Assembly (NCBI GenBank): GCA_965207975.1 | Contig: OZ242315.1 | Span: forward strand, 4,106,449-4,170,448 | Direction: 5' to 3' | DNA: 64,000 nt | Source of the DNA: Candidatus Poribacteria bacterium | Lineage (GTDB): Bacteria; Poribacteria; WGA-4E; PCPOR2b | Part shown: piece by piece, positions 59,878 to 64,000 of the stretch | How positions within the stretch are numbered: position 1 is the stretch's first letter | Layout: every line of letters begins with the position of its first letter | Notes under the pieces: generated by a model | Databases searched by the model: none | Told to the model about the DNA's origin: nothing | Seen by the model: only the letters and a program-made list of their open reading frames with translations | Made by a program: the position numbers and the translations under genes

Positions 59878-61335
59878 CTACATACCACCAGCCGGTGCCT
59901 TTTCGTCTTCGGCTTGCTGTTTCTTAGCGTCCGGATTGTCGTTAGGATCTTTATCGGAGGTGCCGGCTTCCTGTTCGACATAGAATTTGAAGCCATCGCC
60001 ATCCTGATCCAGCTCATACTGACGGACAATCTGCTCTGCCTCACGGTAGTATTTGCCTTCTTTGTCTAAGCTCATATAAGCTTTGAAACCTTCATAGGCT
60101 TCCTCGAACTCGCGGACAGCACGATAACAAACGGCTAGCTGATACACCGCTTCATCCCGCCAAGTGGATTCGGGGGCTTTCTTTAGCATATCTTCAAAGG
60201 CAGCGATTGCGCGCTGATACTGCCCATCTTTCTGATACAGGTCGCCAATCCGAAACAGTGCGTCTGCGGCATGGAACTTTTTGTATGACAGATTTTCTGC
60301 CAATTTACGGTACGCAGCAATTGCAGCCGGATAGTTTCTCATCTTGACCCAACCAGATCCGATGTTCTGGAAATTCTGGGCGATACGATCTGCGTATCCC
60401 GCAACATACAAATCACTCGGGAGTACGTCCCGTCCTGCACTTATGTAGTCGAGTGCTTTCTGGTTTGTATACTTTTTAATATCAGCCTGATCTTGAGCAA
60501 TCTCTGTCAGGGTTGTTTCTGTTTCCTTGAGCAAGGTTTCCGCATCAGAGGCTTCATAAGAATCTGGAAACTTTTCAATGACTTTGATATAGGCGGGCCA
60601 ACCCCCTATGTAGTCATAAAGTTCGTAAAAGTAGATATTACCAACTTGGAACTGGGCTTGGGGTGCGAGTCTATGTTCAGGGAACTCCGCAACCACTCGT
60701 TCAAACTGCTTAATTGCCTCTTCGGAATTACCGAGTGTTTGGTAAGCACGTGCTTCATCGTAAAGTGCACGTACGGCTTTATCTCTACTATCTTCTGCTT
60801 GTTGGTTGTACAGTTCTATGTCTTCGGGCGCGGTAGCTTCCTTCGCACGCATAGCTAAATCTTTGCTGAGTGGCGCGTGGTTTTGATAGGTACGCCTGTT
60901 TTCTTTAATCACATCGCGATTTTTACGGATATCAGCAATACTACTCTTTGCGCGACCTCCCAAAAAGCCGGTGGGGGCGATGTCTACAATCGCTTGATAA
61001 TGCTCTGTGGATTTATCCCATTCAAAACGTTTTTTGTAGATCGCCGCTGCTTGGAAATGTGAATAGGTTGCATACTTTCCGTTCGGATCTTGCGCGATAA
61101 TTTCGAGATACCCTGTAAGTGCGGCATCATACAGTTCTTTCCGTTTGGCAAGGTCTGCTTTCCTATTTTCGGGGCTATCTGCACGAATGGTCATACCTTG
61201 AGCTTGCTCAAATTTACGGTCTGCATTTTGAACCTTTATACTTGATGGCATCATGCGACCCGTACAACCAGTAATCACCGCCGCTATTATTACAAGCGCG
61301 ATGTAGGGGGCAAGGTTTACAAAACAGCGATTCAT
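59878..61335 (-). CDS. Tetratricopeptide-repeat lipoprotein
   Basis: A signal peptide plus lipobox (..AAVITGCTG), and multiple TPR-like helical repeats. Confidence 0.65.
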   Translation of the reverse strand: MNRCFVNLAPYIALVIIAAVITGCTGRMMPSSIKVQNADRKFEQAQGMTIRADSPENRKADLAKRKELYDAALTGYLEIIAQDPNGKYATYSHFQAAAIYKKRFEWDKSTEHYQAIVDIAPTGFLGGRAKSSIADIRKNRDVIKENRRTYQNHAPLSKDLAMRAKEATAPEDIELYNQQAEDSRDKAVRALYDEARAYQTLGNSEEAIKQFERVVAEFPEHRLAPQAQFQVGNIYFYELYDYIGGWPAYIKVIEKFPDSYEASDAETLLKETETTLTEIAQDQADIKKYTNQKALDYISAGRDVLPSDLYVAGYADRIAQNFQNIGSGWVKMRNYPAAIAAYRKLAENLSYKKFHAADALFRIGDLYQKDGQYQRAIAAFEDMLKKAPESTWRDEAVYQLAVCYRAVREFEEAYEGFKAYMSLDKEGKYYREAEQIVRQYELDQDGDGFKFYVEQEAGTSDKDPNDNPDAKKQQAEDEKAPAGGM

Positions 61336-61507
61336 GGTTATTCCTCCTAACGTTAACTAGATTGATGAATTAGCAGGATTCTCAAGAATCCTGTTTGAAG
61401 TTTTGCTTCATTATAATCGTTTTGCAAAAAATTGTCAACAATCATTTTGAATATTTCGAGGAAGCAATCAATATCGTCGGACTGACCTGACAGTACGCAA
61501 GAGAATT

Positions 61508-62404
61508 TCACTGGCTCAGCTGCGTTGTGAAATTAATGAAAATCTCCCCCGACTGATCGATCTGCGGCACTGTCTTGGGCAAAGCGTTAAATCGAATCCT
61601 TTCGACATATCGTTTGGCTTGCTCTTTGAGTCGAACTTCGCCGACTGTTGTTAGAAAACCGGGCTTCACTCGAACATCGTACACCGTGCCATCGGGTTTC
61701 ACCTTGAAGCCGATCTGGACGCCGCCTCCTTGTTTGCCTTGTGTTTGAATGGGTTTTCCCAAGCTATAACCGCGTCCGCTGACTTCACCGGAAATTTCAA
61801 ACTCGAAGCCAACACCATCGGTAACGTTACTTTGCCCGGTATGGGCTATGTTTCCGGTAGATACCTGCTTGGTCAAGCTGTGTCCGCGTTCCCCTTTATG
61901 TTTGAACCTGTCCGTATCTCGAACGCCTCGACGCGCTGGGGCACCGTAGGACCCCTCCTCATCAACCCGTGGTTTCTCCCGAACCCTAGCGTTCGTAGCC
62001 TCCAAATCGTCGAGTAGCGTCTGATTTCGTCCTTTTACAGGGGCTGCGCCTAACGCCAAACGATTCGGATCTTCGTCGGTGCTCCGCGCTAGGGCACGGG
62101 CGGGTAAGCCGCCTGATGGGCCGCCAGGATTTAGATATCGTTGAACATTGTGAGCAGATTGGATTGGTGGCAATTCGGTGGGCATTTCAGGCTGGCGAAT
62201 CGGAGACATAGCGATAGGAATTTCTTCTTCCATACGCTTCTGCACCGGCTCATTTATCAGAATGTCCACGGTTATGGCTGTGTCATGAACCTTTGGCACA
62301 GGTTTTGTGTAGGCTGCCATAGCTAACACCAGAATCAGTGCCAGATGTTCGACGATTGCAATCCCAAAAAAAGTGCTGAGTTTAACTTCCCCTCGTGTGT
62401 TCAT
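61508..62404 (-). CDS. tonB: TonB-family energy transducer
   Basis: An N-terminal TM anchor, a Pro-rich spacer, and a C-terminal TonB_C-like domain (VQIGFKVKPDGTVYDVRVKPG..). Start overlaps the upstream gene (ATGA). Confidence 0.6.
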   Translation of the reverse strand: MNTRGEVKLSTFFGIAIVEHLALILVLAMAAYTKPVPKVHDTAITVDILINEPVQKRMEEEIPIAMSPIRQPEMPTELPPIQSAHNVQRYLNPGGPSGGLPARALARSTDEDPNRLALGAAPVKGRNQTLLDDLEATNARVREKPRVDEEGSYGAPARRGVRDTDRFKHKGERGHSLTKQVSTGNIAHTGQSNVTDGVGFEFEISGEVSGRGYSLGKPIQTQGKQGGGVQIGFKVKPDGTVYDVRVKPGFLTTVGEVRLKEQAKRYVERIRFNALPKTVPQIDQSGEIFINFTTQLSQ

Positions 62405-63108
62405 CAGTTTGCCTCCTCTTGGATTAAACGTTGAATATCTTCAAATCCATCCTGAAACAGCTTGTGTTCCTCAGCGACAAGGAAGCGGACCAGAGACATA
62501 CCGTGTCTTTCTAGTTCTATTAAAAAGAGCTGCGCCTTGCTGTTGAAATAGTAGTAGGCAACATATGTTGGTAGCGCGATCATTAACCCAGCGGCTGTTG
62601 TGATTAAGGCTTGGGAGATACCGGCAGCAATCTCGCTTGACTGTCCCACCTGTCCTTCCACTTCATAAAGGTTGCCAAATGAGGCGATCATGCCGAGAAA
62701 TGTGCCAAGTAAGCCTATATATATCGCAACAGCAGACAACATTCCCAAAGTATGGAGGTATCGCGTCAATTTCGGTTTCTCGCCATTGATGGATAAACGG
62801 ATGACCCGTTTAAGGGTTTCCTCATCGGCGTTTCTGTGTTCTATTCCAGTGCGAAGAATATTTGTCAAAGGCCCTGGTCGCCTCTCACACATCTGGATTG
62901 CGATTTCAGGATTGCCCTGCACAAGTTCATGATAGATGCTGCGGGTCACAAACTGTGATGGAATGACTCGTTCACGGCGCAGATGATAAATCCGTTCCAT
63001 AATAATCGCGTGTGCACAGATCGAACAACCGATCAGGGGGATGAGAAGGATTCCGCCCTCACTCAACTGTTCTAATCCTAAAATGATCATCTCAATCGGG
63101 TTGCCCAT
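62404..63108 (-). CDS. exbB: MotA/TolQ/ExbB proton-channel family protein
   Basis: 234 aa, 3 TM helices, and a conserved C-terminal motif region. No ExbD/TolR gene follows. Confidence 0.7.
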   Translation of the reverse strand: MGNPIEMIILGLEQLSEGGILLIPLIGCSICAHAIIMERIYHLRRERVIPSQFVTRSIYHELVQGNPEIAIQMCERRPGPLTNILRTGIEHRNADEETLKRVIRLSINGEKPKLTRYLHTLGMLSAVAIYIGLLGTFLGMIASFGNLYEVEGQVGQSSEIAAGISQALITTAAGLMIALPTYVAYYYFNSKAQLFLIELERHGMSLVRFLVAEEHKLFQDGFEDIQRLIQEEAN

Positions 63109-63142
63109 GATAGATTTGTTTTCCTATCCCGCTGTAAAGCGG

Positions 63143-64000
63143 TCAAAATTTTAACTCAATCCCGAAATCAAAGTTACTCTGCGACAGTTCATACATTTCT
63201 AATAGACGGTACTCTCCAATCGCAAACGCGCCACCAACAAAGGCATTAATATAGCCTCCAATTGTTTTGCTTAATTTGGGTTTCAACAGGAGATAGCCGT
63301 TTAATGTTTCATCGGTCATCGTATCAACATATCTGGGGCCCTGCAATTCGGCTTTAAGCGCGACATGGAACTCCGATGGAAGGTGATACACCACATCCAG
63401 ATCGATACGATCCGCTGCTCTATAAGGGATTTGCTCACCCATTGTTGGTGTTGAAACCTCATGTGTGTATCGAAACCGCAGGTCGAGACGGTCAACAATG
63501 CGAGCGGAAATAAGCAGCTGTCCGCCGTAGATTGATGCCTCAATATTCGTCGGAGTCCATGAAAGCTCTGCCTTGGCGGTTTCAGTCGATGGCACACCAA
63601 TCTTTTCGAGATGTTCCTTCAGGGGAGTAAGGACCACGAGATCGTCTATCTGTCTTGCGAAACCGGATAGATCAACTTCAAATTTCGCACCTCGATGATG
63701 CTTTAGTGTAATTTGTGCGTTCCAAGCCTTTTCCGGACGGAGGAGTGAGTTGAGGCTGATGTAATCTGTGTCAAAGTAAAGTGTCGACAATCGGTGCCGC
63801 GTAATTGTCCGAACCCCTTCAATTCGGATTAACCACTGTTTGTCAAGATGGGTTGTCAAAACAAGAGACGGGTTTAACTGCAAGTCCACTTTATTTTCGC
63901 TAGTTTCAGCGTCAGTCTGTTGCGGCGTGTCCGTTATGTTTAATTGTGGGTCTGCCTCCTCCTCGCCAATTTCAGTGCCGCTTTGTTGAGGTACGTCTGT
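63143..64000 (-). CDS. Putative outer-membrane beta-barrel protein, 5' partial (the reading frame stays open to the window edge)
   Basis: C-terminal ..GIELKF (terminal Phe) and alternating hydrophobic beta-strand pattern. The frame upstream of the listed GTG start has no stop up to position 64000. Confidence 0.45.
   Translation of the reverse strand, partial: TDVPQQSGTEIGEEEADPQLNITDTPQQTDAETSENKVDLQLNPSLVLTTHLDKQWLIRIEGVRTITRHRLSTLYFDTDYISLNSLLRPEKAWNAQITLKHHRGAKFEVDLSGFARQIDDLVVLTPLKEHLEKIGVPSTETAKAELSWTPTNIEASIYGGQLLISARIVDRLDLRFRYTHEVSTPTMGEQIPYRAADRIDLDVVYHLPSEFHVALKAELQGPRYVDTMTDETLNGYLLLKPKLSKTIGGYINAFVGGAFAIGEYRLLEMYELSQSNFDFGIELKF

Noticed and set aside
1-64000. CRISPR arrays, rRNA and tRNA genes
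   Set aside because: No regularly spaced direct repeats with unique spacers were seen. The tandem CCCGAT hairpins are too few and irregular. No tRNA-like cloverleaf signatures (e.g. GTTCGAATC T-loop) were found.

Overview
This is a 64-kb chromosomal window from a moderate-GC bacterium (roughly 50-55% GC by eye). Its gene content suggests an uncultivated PVC/Poribacteria-like lineage: many Gfo/Idh/MocA oxidoreductases, xylose-isomerase-like TIM barrels, a PhyH-HEAT fusion, a single unsplit rpoC and a class II RNR. That placement is inference only; I ran no searches. The housekeeping backbone is nrdR-nrdJ-HD, an EF-G paralog, smc, queG, rpoB-rpoC and dacB, plus assorted oxidoreductases and transporters. 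Three things stand out. First, a clearly lower-GC ~2.5-kb cassette (2016-4545) carries a two-gene ABC-ATPase + DUF4435/Toprim pair with a 4-bp translational overlap. Its architecture is that of the PARIS (AriA/AriB) anti-phage system. The cassette is flanked by imperfect direct repeats and preceded by a perfect operator-like palindrome. Second, an IS-rich accessory region (about 5.7-13.5 kb) holds three IS elements: one with 17-bp terminal IRs, one with IRs plus a 12-bp target-site duplication, and one that splits an NAD-dependent epimerase gene into two recoverable fragments. It also holds a PIN-domain gene with an overlapping small partner ORF. Third, a tightly coupled four-gene operon of uncharacterised proteins (55625-57566), three of them predicted membrane-anchored, is the best candidate for an undescribed system. 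At the DNA level the window has three kinds of short structured repeat. A ~50-bp palindromic REP/MITE-like element occurs five times, one copy carrying a 66-bp insertion. CCCGAT-N3-ATCGGG mini-hairpins occur in tandem arrays. A ~67-nt multi-stem structured element sits at 55328-55394. Consensus sigma70 promoters precede nrdR (followed by paired NrdR boxes) and rpoB. A strong intrinsic terminator for rpoC lies inside the coding sequence of the convergent HAD gene. No rRNA, tRNA or CRISPR array was found.
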